From assembly GCA_963708075.1 (NCBI GenBank), contig OY970194.1, positions 5,952,001 to 6,016,000 on the forward strand: 64,000 nt of DNA, in the 5' to 3' direction. This DNA comes from Sedimentisphaerales bacterium (GTDB lineage Bacteria; Planctomycetota; Phycisphaerae; Sedimentisphaerales; Anaerobacaceae). Below, piece after piece: positions 10,499-19,543 of the stretch. The position numbers and the translations under genes were made by a program. The first letter of the stretch is position 1, and each line of letters opens with the position of its first letter. The notes under the pieces were generated by a model that had not been told where the DNA came from, did no database searches, and saw only the letters and a list, made by a program, of their open reading frames with translations.

Positions 10499-11028
10499 GC
10501 GCCTCCAATCTTTCTTTCAATGCATTCCTTCACCGCGACCCGGAGTCGCAGCAGATTCTGTCTTACAGCATCGGCCTTCATTCCAAATTCACGGGCGAGG
10601 GATGTTGCGTTTTCACCGCCTGAGTACCGACGACGTAGAAGCTCTTGGCTGCGGGGGGGCAATCGTCCGACACACTCCTGCATAGGAGATAGCAAGTGAT
10701 TAAACTCCCTGTCAAAAGCCATGTCTTCGCCGGTTTGGCGCAATAACACTTCCGCAATCGCAGAGGGGAACAAACGTGATCGGCGGGCTTCCTTCCGAAG
10801 CTCGTTGGCGACCAGATTGCGCGCGATGCCGCGGAGCCACTTGGCCAGGTCTGTTGCTGCCTGGGAGACTTCCCGCCGGCGATAGGCGATGATAAAGGTT
10901 TCCTGAGCCAAGTCATCGACCCACGCTTCGTCCGCTCCCAGCGCCCGAATGAATGCGCGTAAGCCCGCCTGGTGCTCGCGCACGGAGCCTTCGAATTCCT
11001 GGATGGATCGTGATTCAATTGAGTTCAT
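10489..11028 (-). CDS. ECF (sigma-70 group 4) RNA polymerase sigma factor
   Basis: DDLAQETF..AY, WLRGIARN, CVGRLP...LLRRRY, LLRLRVAVKECIE. 5' end interrupted by IS630. Confidence 0.9.
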   Translation of the reverse strand: MNSIESRSIQEFEGSVREHQAGLRAFIRALGADEAWVDDLAQETFIIAYRRREVSQAATDLAKWLRGIARNLVANELRKEARRSRLFPSAIAEVLLRQTGEDMAFDREFNHLLSPMQECVGRLPPRSQELLRRRYSGGENATSLAREFGMKADAVRQNLLRLRVAVKECIERKIGGAWL

Positions 11029-11030
11029 AT

Positions 11031-12139
11031 TATTGATCTTTGAATAGTTAAAGTAAAAGTGACACGATGTCACAGTCTAAGCCCAGCATGCTTGAAGAAC
11101 GAACGCAAGAGAGACTGGTGAGTTTTTGTCTGCTCCAGCGAATGTCGCACCGCCTGCGTGAGGTCAGTGAGATTCTCCGGGCAGAAGTTGGCCAAGTCCA
11201 TGTACTTCGTCCGCGTCCAGACCTGTTCATCAGGATTGAGTTGCGGGGCGTAGGACGGCAGCCATTCGATTTGTACTCGACGAGGGAACCGACGCCGGAG
11301 TTGCTCCACGGCGGACAGATGAACGGGCCAACGATCCAGGACCAGGATGATCCCGTGGGGAAAATGTTCAAGAAGTTCCGCCACGAGGGTCTCAATGTCG
11401 GGAGTACGGATGTTGTGCTCTTGGAGCGCGAAGTACAGGTCCAGATGCCGACGCTGCGGCGAGACCGTGACCACCGACATTCCGGAGAGGCGGTCGTGAC
11501 GCTCCCAACGGTACAGGAGCGGCGTATCCCCATGGGGACCCCAGGTCCGGCGGACCACCGGCTGGAGCATAAAGCCGGTTTCATCGAGAAAAACGATGTT
11601 TCGACCGCTATGCCGAGCTTTTTTTTATACGCGGCCAGTCTTGTTGACGCCAACGGGCAATGGCCTCTTCGTCGCGTTCGCGCGCCCGGCCTTCGGGTTT
11701 CTGGCAACTCCAGCCGATGCCACGCAGCACGTGCCAGACCCCGGAAGGGTCGTAGCGGACGCCGAAACGCCTCTCGATCACTTCGGCGATCCGCTTCAGC
11801 GTCCACAGGTCGGTCATATATCCGTGGGCGAGAGGACCTTTTAACAGCAACCGTTCCAGCTTCTGGCGTTGCCGGACCGTCAACTTGGGCCGGCGGCCGG
11901 GATGCGGCTTGGCCTTCAAGCCGTCCCGTCCCGCCTGCTGAGAAATCTTCTTCCACCGGGATACAGCCGCCGGCGAGACGCCGAGTCTCCGGGCCACTTC
12001 GCTGGGACCGTGACCGGCTTCGAGCAACGCGAAGGCCTGAAGCCGGTGACATTCGAGCTCTTCGGGTTTTCCTGGGGTTCTCATGCATGAAGATATCGAT
12101 CCGTCACGGCGATTTACTTTAACTATTCAAAGATCAATA
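11031..12139 (-). mobile_element. IS630-family insertion sequence
   Basis: Perfect 27-bp inverted ends including flanking TA (TATTGATCTTTGAATAGTTAAAGTAAA at 11031-11057 and its complement at 12113-12139), with an internal HTH plus DDE transposase. Confidence 0.95.
11070..12084 (-). CDS. IS630 transposase in two frames joined at an A8 run (11619-11626)
   Basis: orfA 11608-12084 encodes HTH/winged-HTH. The +1 frame continues VFLDETGF...LVLDRWPVH...LPSYAPQLNPDE (DDE). Confidence 0.9.
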
Positions 12140-12362
12140 GGTGCCATCACAATACAATGTCGCAAGTCTAAAAGGTGTGACCCAGAAATCTCGGTGTAGC
12201 GATCCTTTGTGCAATCGCGTGTCATCTATGCAACGGCATGAGACCAAGCAGAACAATGGATAAGCACCCCCAGAGCATCTTGGCCACACTAAGAGACTCC
12301 GGCGGCCAGCGTAGGGATGGTCTGGAGAACGTGTCGTCCGTCCATAGCCTTGTCTCCTTGAA

Positions 12363-12770
12363 TCAGAGTCGGAACGTTTGCGGTGGATTACCGCTGAGGT
12401 CGGCGATTGTCGCCGTAGCTTCGTCGAGATAGAAAAGCGCCCATAGCGGGTTGTCGGGCGTCTTGTAGACCGCTTTGATGAGAGGGATTGCCTCCTCGAT
12501 AATCCTGCTTTTGATCGAGCGATGCTGGGAGAACACGACCTTGCCGCTCAATCTGAGCCAGGACCAATTCTCACCGCAGGCACACAGTTCAACATAGGGT
12601 TGCCGTGTAATCTCTTTGTAGACCTGCTTGTCGTTTGTAGTGCTGAAGTAGAGCTTCCCGCCATCTTCCAGCTTGAACTGGAATGGACGGACTTTAGGTC
12701 TTCCGTCAGTCCCAATCGTGGCCAAGTACTGGGTCTGGCTCTTCTTGAGAAAGTCGACTATGAGTTTCAT
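12363..12770 (-). CDS. Pyridoxamine 5'-phosphate oxidase-like FMN-binding protein (copy 2)
   Basis: YLATIGTDGRPKVRPF...LYFSTTNDKQVY..I...PYVE...WLRLSGKV. Confidence 0.88.
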   Translation of the reverse strand: MKLIVDFLKKSQTQYLATIGTDGRPKVRPFQFKLEDGGKLYFSTTNDKQVYKEITRQPYVELCACGENWSWLRLSGKVVFSQHRSIKSRIIEEAIPLIKAVYKTPDNPLWALFYLDEATATIADLSGNPPQTFRL

Positions 12771-12914
12771 GGTTGATCCCCTGAGACAGAAGGTTATTGA
12801 GACAGATGCACAGAGCTCCACCCATCGCCGGAACCGCCAGGAAGACTTGCCGTCCGTTCTTGAAATCGATTCCTTGAATCAGAGACTCTTGCCATCTGTC
12901 CACAGACTCTCGAA

Positions 12915-13340
12915 TCAGAGTCTGAACGTCTGCGGCGGATTGCCGCTGAAATCGGCAATGGTCGCGACGGCGGCGTCCAGGTAGAAGACCTCGAACGTCG
13001 GGTTATCCGGCGTCTTGTAGATCGACTTGACGATGGGACTGGCGTCCTGGATTCTGGCCTTGAGCCCGAGATCCTTCGAGAATACGACCTTGCCGTTCAG
13101 ACGCAGCCAGGAGAAGTTCTCGCCCGACGCACAGAACTCGACGTACGGATGCTTCTGCATTTCCTTGAATACGGGCTTCTGGTTCGACGTGCAGAAGTAA
13201 AGCTTCCCCCCGTCTTCCAGCATGAATTGGAAGGGCCGCACCTTCGGTTTCCCGTCCACGCCGATCGTGGCCAGATACTGAACTTGGCTCTTGATCAGGA
13301 AGTCGGTTACAGCGTTTCCTTTCTTCGATGCACTTTGCAT
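12915..13340 (-). CDS. Pyridoxamine 5'-phosphate oxidase-like FMN-binding protein (copy 1)
   Basis: YLATIGVDGKPKVRPF...LYFCTSNQK. Close paralog of 12363-12770. Confidence 0.88.
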   Translation of the reverse strand: MQSASKKGNAVTDFLIKSQVQYLATIGVDGKPKVRPFQFMLEDGGKLYFCTSNQKPVFKEMQKHPYVEFCASGENFSWLRLNGKVVFSKDLGLKARIQDASPIVKSIYKTPDNPTFEVFYLDAAVATIADFSGNPPQTFRL

Positions 13341-13361
13341 GGTCTTGCTCCTTTCCAGCAG

Positions 13362-13519
13362 TCTTTGAATAGTTAAAGAAAATGGCCGTTCTTCATGTCA
13401 TTCCCGCGCAGGCGGGAATCCAGCCACCCATCGAACCGTCCCCCGCCTGCACGAGGGCAAGCTCTGAACCCCGCCTGAGCGGGGGTAACATAGCAAGGCT
13501 CATTCTCTTACGGCCTCTG
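13362..13519. repeat. MITE/palindromic element with an IS630-IR-like left end and an ATTCCC-N8-GGGAAT hairpin
   Basis: 13362-13382 matches the IS IR at 20/21. GTCATTCCCGCGCAGGCGGGAATCCAG at 13397-13423, with further hairpins. Right boundary uncertain. Confidence 0.55.
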
Positions 13520-13530
13520 AGGGGGGGCAC

Positions 13531-13550
13531 ATGGTTCGCCCACGAACTAT
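13531..13550. promoter_or_regulatory. Putative MarR operator 2 (TGGTTCG-N4-CGAACTA)
   Basis: Near-identical, inverted, to the palindrome inside the marR promoter. Confidence 0.65.
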
Positions 13551-13565
13551 CTGCACAAAAAAGAA

Positions 13566-14000
13566 CTATTGACTCAGGTTGGCCTCGATCTTGTCCAGTT
13601 GCCGGACCAGGCGCTCGCGGTCCTTTTCGCTCATGTCGCCGTAGAACTTGCCCAACAGCGCCCGGGAAATCTCGTCAAAGTCCTTCCGGAGCCTGCGGCC
13701 CTTGGGAGTCAGTTCCACGTACGTGATTCGTCCATCCTTCCCGCAAGGCAGCCGGCGGATGTAGCCATGCTTCTCCAGTGTGTCGATCATCACCGTCACC
13801 GTTGACTTGACCCGTCGGACGTTCTCCACTACGGCCTTGATCGCAACAGGCTGACTCTGTTGCAAGAGAAAGGACAGCACGGCCCCGTGCGCCGGCACAA
13901 TCCCCTTGATCCTCCGACCCTTCAACTCCTTCTCAACGAGCGCATTGGCCTTCTCTCGAATCCTGCCGATCTGCCCCGCAATCCCATGAACATCAGCCAT
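13566..14000 (-). CDS. MarR-family transcriptional regulator
   Basis: KSTVTVMIDTLEKHGYIRR....DGRITYVELTPKG. Confidence 0.92.
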   Translation of the reverse strand: MADVHGIAGQIGRIREKANALVEKELKGRRIKGIVPAHGAVLSFLLQQSQPVAIKAVVENVRRVKSTVTVMIDTLEKHGYIRRLPCGKDGRITYVELTPKGRRLRKDFDEISRALLGKFYGDMSEKDRERLVRQLDKIEANLSQ

Positions 14001-14037
14001 AAACCACCCAGAACGCGATTTCAGTCAAACTCGGCCC

Positions 14038-14066
14038 AATATAGTTCGTGCCCGAACCAATGTCAA
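14038..14066 (-). promoter_or_regulatory. sigma70 promoter of marR with an operator palindrome in the spacer
   Basis: Minus strand: TTGACA-ttggttcgggcacgaac (17 bp)-TATATT. Confidence 0.8.
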
Positions 14067-14183
14067 GCAGAAATCTTCAATGGTCGTGAAAGATATGGCA
14101 TAGAGTTCAGTAGGATGGATAACTCGCCCATGAGGATTATCGAAAGCAGTGGAACTTCATGGAGCTTCCTCGGCGGCGGCTCT

Positions 14184-14822
14184 TCAAAAGACTCTGTTGT
14201 AGGGAAGCTCGAAATAGGGTTTGGCCGTTGACCGCCATTCCTTCTTGAACTCGGTCTTGGTGATCTCACTATGCCACAAACCGCTTGCAAGCACCGTGCT
14301 CTTGATTCCCTGCTCCTTCACAATGACTTGGAGGGTACGGCGGCCAAAGAGTTCTCCTACTGCAAGGTCGAAGGAACAACCATTCGAGAAGGGTTGGAAG
14401 TTCGTGATCTCTCCGGTCTCAATTGACCACATCTCGATTTCCAGGCAGATACTTCTATCCTCGTCAAATGGAGTGATGCAGATGTGTCGCCAATAGCCAT
14501 GCCACACTCCCTGTTTGTCCTGTGCGAACAGGTAATTGGCTATCAGTTTGACGGGGATGAGTTTCCCATCTTCATACGTCTCAATCAGAATACCGTCGGC
14601 TCGCATGAACCCCCGTCCCGGCTCAGTGGGACTGCCCAGCTTTGCTGTATCCCGTCGCGCCTTAATAAGAAGACGGTCCAAATCGCTATCGTTCGCGTCC
14701 ACGAACCTCGCCCTTGACGCGGTGGGGCCACCCCCTTTGCTCGGTGACACATCTGCTGCCCTCGGCAGCAACAAAGCAAAGAGTATTGTGGCCGCACAGC
14801 CTGTATGGATAAGCCCTCTCAT
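14184..14822 (-). CDS. Hypothetical exported protein
   Basis: ORF with a hydrophobic signal-like N-terminus (MRGLIHTGCAATILFALLLP). No family recognised. Confidence 0.55.
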   Translation of the reverse strand: MRGLIHTGCAATILFALLLPRAADVSPSKGGGPTASRARFVDANDSDLDRLLIKARRDTAKLGSPTEPGRGFMRADGILIETYEDGKLIPVKLIANYLFAQDKQGVWHGYWRHICITPFDEDRSICLEIEMWSIETGEITNFQPFSNGCSFDLAVGELFGRRTLQVIVKEQGIKSTVLASGLWHSEITKTEFKKEWRSTAKPYFELPYNRVF

Positions 14823-15116
14823 TTTCCTACCCTCCGATGAATATAACGGTGTCTCTTTGCGTCTATACTTTCTACATATCTGCGGACACGACACTCAATT
14901 CCAGGCCGGAAATATAAAATAGAAATCGATGGCTGTCCCTGGTATTCCTTCAGCCGCCATCTACATATCTCAGCATGGTAGCCATCTGGGCCTGCAGAAC
15001 GGGTCTCTTGTCTATCGCACACGCACACTAGTCCGAAGGCCTCACAATTGTACTCCTATTGTAGGAGTGGGCCGGAGGAATGCAAGTGGAATTAGGAAAC
15101 TCCCCCGAGGGCCGAG

Positions 15117-16636
15117 GGGTGTCTGTGCAGATTTTAGGGCGTCGGGGCCTTGGGCCAATAGGCCGGCCATTGTCCGGTGTTGCTGTAGAGACAACTGATG
15201 GCCAGATGGGCATCGATGGCTTTCGTGTGCCAGCGACGCCCTCGTCCCTTGAGCCGAGCCGTCAGGCCTTTGCATTGGGATTCGGTCGGGCCTGAGCCTA
15301 TGGCAAAATCCTCGGCGATGTACCGCGGATACTCCAGCATCTCGGTGCGGCAGGCAATGTATCCCTGAAAGGCCTGGATCGCTTGACGTTTGCCTCCGCG
15401 ATGCGTCTTGGCAAGCTCCCCCAACTGCGTGAGGGCCTCCAGCGGGCCCGACCGGATCATCGTGGCGCAGAACGCCTTTCGCCACTCGCCGGCCATGTCC
15501 GTTCCCTCCCCGTACAAGGTCTTGGCGCAGCCAATCGCATGATCCCGGAAGTGGTAATAGTCCAGGATCATCGCGTCGAGCATCGGCAATTGCCGCTGAT
15601 ACTGGCGGCGAATCCATTCGGCACCATCGCTGACCGAGTACTTGCGATCGGCCTGGTCCAGATGCAACTGAGCCGCCTGACGACGCATCAGACGACCGGC
15701 GGCCTGACAATCACCGGTCGTGGCCGCCGTCTGTTGATGACGACCGCCGGGATCGTAAAACGTGACCAGCTTCGCCTCCTTCCAGCGTTGATCGGCGCCT
15801 CGCGGCCGCGGCGGCAAGGGCCGAAGGCTGTGACCCTCCTGACGCAACCGGGCCCGACGCTGCTTGGCCTTGTCTCGACGCTTGCGTTGCTCGCTGTCGG
15901 TGATCAGGGGGACTTGAAAGCCGTCGGCCCCGCTGATCAAACACGTGGGCTCCTGGGCTCGGACATGACAGTCCTTGGCCGTGAACGTCGGTTTCAGTTG
16001 CGAGCTGTGTGCCGCCGCACGAACTCTGTGGCCTTCCTGCTGGAAGACGCCACGAAGCGTCTGATAGGACAGGCGGATCTGACTGAGCCGATGCAGGTCT
16101 TCGCCGGCCTTGCGATAGCTGCCGTCCAGTCCCACCCGACAGACCATCTCTCGCACCCCTTGAGAGTACCTCTGGCTCAATCCCAGCCAATCATCCAACG
16201 GCGCACAGCACCCCTGCGAATGGGCCCACCAGACCCGCCGGCGAATCGCAATCGAGCCATTGACCGTGACGGCGTGAATCGTTTGTGTCCCTTTGTTCCG
16301 CCACTTAAGGCTTCGGCCGTTTGCGGCGTCCACAGGGGGAAAAAGCTTCGCTTTGACTGCGAAGCTCCAGGGCCTTCTCGAACAGCATGCGGCGGAATTG
16401 CCCCGCCGCATCCCGCACAGGTTCCTCGCTATCATCGATGATGTGCCCGGGATTGGCCTTGTTCACCGCCTCGACCACCTCATCGAGCAGCCTCTCGAAG
16501 TCCCCGGACAACACTTGCCTCAGTTGCTCCTTGCTGATCTCCTGGCTCATCAACAATCTCCTTATTCTGTAATCCCTTTACAGATAAAGAGTAATGCACC
16601 TCCCCTTCTCGCGCCAGTTTATTTTCACAGACACAC
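15117..16636 (-). mobile_element. ISKra4-like insertion sequence
   Basis: Inverted ends GGGTGTCTGTG / CACAGACACAC around a transposase. No target duplication seen, so ends are approximate. Confidence 0.75.
15134..16550 (-). CDS. ISKra4-like DDE transposase in two frames joined at T5C5 (16335-16344)
   Basis: orfA reads ...SEAFSP at the motif. The +1 frame carries SGADG, VSDGAEWI, LDYYH, IGSGPTESQCK. Confidence 0.82.
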
Positions 16637-16706
16637 AGCGCGCGGGTGCGGTCGGCCTTCGGTGGCGGATTCGGATTCCAGCCGACACAAGAGCGCAGCC
16701 CAGTCT

Positions 16707-16919
16707 TCTTTCGCCCCTACGGGGCTTTGAGATAGGATTGACTATCGTACCCACCGTTGAAACGGTGGGCTAGTGTCGATCGCCCCCGTGGGGCGGACGG
16801 GCCGACGCAAGAGGACTGGAGCGCAGTCCAAGCCCGCAGGGCGATAGAGAATAGCCCAGCGATTGATCGCTGGGGAACCGGGGCCGAGGACAAAAGCCAG
16901 TCCCGTAAGGGACGAAAGA
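16707..16919. repeat. Composite REP/BIME-like palindromic element
   Basis: Hairpins GCCCCTACGGGGC, CCCACCGTTGAAACGGTGGG, CCCAGCGATTGATCGCTGGG, GTCCCGTAAGGGAC. The outer arms TCTTTCG / CGAAAGA are inverted. Confidence 0.75.
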
Positions 16920-17013
16920 GGGGCGATCCGCACACGGCGGCTACACGCCGCCACCGAATTCCGACCACACCCCCCGAGGGTCGGGGAGAAAATGAGGACT
17001 GTCGCTCGGCCGT

Positions 17014-17940
17014 CTAAGTAGTCTTGCGTCTCAGTCGCCACGTGGAGTAGGTCAGACCGATGATGCCCAACAGGGCCGCACCAGGGGCCGGGACGACATG
17101 CGAGACATAGATATCGTAAGAACTGCCGGCGCCTGCTCTGGTGAAGTAGAGACTCTGGCCATCGGCACTGATGGCCGGATACTCAAGCCACGTCCCAAGA
17201 GAATCGAAGAAGTCCAAGTGCTCCGGTGTCCCGAACAAGCCATCCGCACTTGACCGGATCGCTCGGAACAATTGGGGGCTCCCGTTTCGCTCGGATGCGA
17301 AGAAGAGCGTCAAAGCATCGGCAGAAAGACGGGGGTGGAAATCCCAGGCCGTACTGTTTATCTCCGAGAGATTTCTGAAGTCGCCAAATGGGGAACTTGT
17401 GTCCGAGCGGAAGCCCATCCAAATATCATAACCGCCCAATCCGCCGGCGACGTCCGTGCCTGTGAATACTATGGTCAGTTCATCAGGTGTGAGCGAGGGA
17501 TTCGCGACCCCGCCCAATGCATTCAACTCCGCCACGCCGACTCCCGCCAGCCAGGGGTCATCAGAAGACATTCGCTCACTCCTTTTGATGACCCAGGTTG
17601 ATTGGGCCTCGTAGTAATACAATCGTCGATTATCAGGTGAGACCCAAGAGTAGTTTACGATCTTGCCGGCGGCGTTAAGCCCAGTCAACTCCTGCTCTCC
17701 GCTGAACGGAGCCTGCGTAGAGGTTCGCGTCGCACTGTACAGTCTGCCAGGGTATGGTCCAGGAACGCCTTGCCTGGAAAAGTAGAGGGTTGATCCGTCA
17801 TACGTCAGAAACGGCGATCCTTCGTCATATTGGGTATTTAGCTCGCTGACGGGGACAGGGGCCGTCCACAAATCGGCGATGCCGCTCTGAGCCACGATAA
17901 GGACACCTAAGATGGCGGAAAAGACCTGTGTGCCTCTCAT
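17014..17940 (-). CDS. Secreted TolB/PD40-type beta-propeller with a PEP-CTERM-like (VPAPG) sorting tail
   Basis: Signal peptide, repeats P.L(S/T).D..TL.F.S.R, C-terminal VVPAPGAALLGIIGL...RLRRKTT. Confidence 0.85.
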   Translation of the reverse strand: MRGTQVFSAILGVLIVAQSGIADLWTAPVPVSELNTQYDEGSPFLTYDGSTLYFSRQGVPGPYPGRLYSATRTSTQAPFSGEQELTGLNAAGKIVNYSWVSPDNRRLYYYEAQSTWVIKRSERMSSDDPWLAGVGVAELNALGGVANPSLTPDELTIVFTGTDVAGGLGGYDIWMGFRSDTSSPFGDFRNLSEINSTAWDFHPRLSADALTLFFASERNGSPQLFRAIRSSADGLFGTPEHLDFFDSLGTWLEYPAISADGQSLYFTRAGAGSSYDIYVSHVVPAPGAALLGIIGLTYSTWRLRRKTT

Positions 17941-18249
17941 CCTTTCATCCTCCACTCGAATTGTGATCACGCACAAGCCTGCGCACGGTATCTGTGCAAC
18001 ACTGGCATTCCTTGCGGTTGTCTCATGCCCCTCTCTGGGCCTCACTCTGCTTTGATTGTCGCACGTTGGCTGATGTATGTCAACTCCCCAGCACGCGTTT
18101 CTCAAGGCAGACAGGGGCTATGTGCATCTTCGGGCTGTTCGTCGGGTGGGGATACCCGTGTCATTTGCAATGGACTGAGATTTTCCGAAGAATGTCTTTA
18201 CCCCTTGTGACGTAAGGGCTTACGACGGGCGGCGGGGGACATTTCCTGG

Positions 18250-18278
18250 TTGACAAAGGCGGTGGAGTAGTTTAGTAT
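18250..18278 (+). promoter_or_regulatory. sigma70-like promoter upstream of the HNH-AP2 gene
   Basis: TTGACA-17 bp-TAGTAT. Confidence 0.6.
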
Positions 18279-18443
18279 AGACCCAACAGTGTGATGTGTG
18301 AAGTTTGAAGTGTGAAGCGAAGAAGAGAATACGAAGGCGAGTTGTGCCCCGCGGTTGGTAACGACGGACCTCAACGCGTGGGTTAAGAACCCACCCTACA
18401 ACCGACAACTGACAACCGAGAACTGGATTTGTGGAGGTGCGAG

Positions 18444-19316
18444 ATGGCTTCGCGGTCGTGTTTGAATTGCATGTACGTGAACTGCGATCCCCAGGTGTGG
18501 CTGCGGTGTTTGGCGGTGGGGGAGCCGCTGGTGCCGCGGTGCGCGAATCACCCGCAGTGGCCGGGCCAGATGCATGATGTCCCTGGTGTGCCTTGCCGGA
18601 ATTACCGTGCCAAACCCGCCGAGCCGCCGGGGGATGTCCGGCGCATCCCGCTGGGTCGCGGCCAATACGCCCTGGTGGATGCCGCGGATTATGAGTGGCT
18701 GAACCAGTGGAGGTGGCATTGGCATGGTGGATACGCCATGCGATATGAAAGGCGCAAGAGAATCTTCATGCATCGTCAGATTATGCAAGCGCCGGAGGGA
18801 GTGCCCGTGGATCATATGGACGGGAACCGGGCCCACAACTACCGGAGCAATCTGCGACTCTGCACCGGGGCAGAGAATATGCGCAATACCACCAAACAAG
18901 CCGGCACTAGCTCCCGGTTCAAAGGCGTCTACCTGGACAGACGACTCGGCAAGTGGCGTGCCGCCATTTACCTCAAGGGCCGGTGCATCTATCTCGGTCG
19001 GTTTGCCGACGAGGTCGAGGCGGCGCGGGCGTATGACCGTGCGGCGGTCGAGCGGTTCGGGGTGTTTGCCCGGCCGAACTTTCCCGAGGCTTGGCCGCTC
19101 GAACGGCGACAGGAGGTCCACGCCCAATGGCTCAAGGCCAACGGCGGGCGAAAGGACGGGCGGCCCAAGGCGAAGAGAACGCGGAAGGTGGGGCGCGAGG
19201 GACGCCGGGCAGCGTCCGCGCGTGCCACGCGACAGAAGGCACGGGTCGCGCGGCCGGCTCGCAAAAAGGACCGCCGCGGATCAGTGCGAGCCGGTCAAAA
19301 GCGGGCACGTGTCTAG
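18444..19316 (+). CDS. HNH endonuclease-AP2 domain protein with Cys-rich N-terminus and basic tail
   Basis: GGAGG RBS. HNH_3-like MHRQIM..VDHMDGNRAHNYRSNLR..T..EN..N and AP2 SRFKGV...KWRAAI...YLGRF..EVEAARAYDRAA...FA.PNFP. Confidence 0.9.
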   Translation: MASRSCLNCMYVNCDPQVWLRCLAVGEPLVPRCANHPQWPGQMHDVPGVPCRNYRAKPAEPPGDVRRIPLGRGQYALVDAADYEWLNQWRWHWHGGYAMRYERRKRIFMHRQIMQAPEGVPVDHMDGNRAHNYRSNLRLCTGAENMRNTTKQAGTSSRFKGVYLDRRLGKWRAAIYLKGRCIYLGRFADEVEAARAYDRAAVERFGVFARPNFPEAWPLERRQEVHAQWLKANGGRKDGRPKAKRTRKVGREGRRAASARATRQKARVARPARKKDRRGSVRAGQKRARV

Positions 19317-19543
19317 CGGGGGCGTTCCAGTCGCCGGATGGCACCGCCCGGACCGAAGGCATTACCAATGGCGAATCGGCAAACCATCGGCAAGCTGCGC
19401 TTGCCGCTGCCACCCGGAACCTGAGAATGTGGAGCGCATGCAACTCGTTTGATTATGCTACTCCATAAAACCGGCGTCCCCGCACGGTCGAGGAGATCGT
19501 GCAGGGACGCATGGCCTATGGGAAAGTCGATTGTGGCGCGGGG

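Noticed and set aside
18444..19316. Prophage or group I intron context for HNH-AP2
   Set aside because: No phage structural genes, integrase or interrupted host gene nearby.
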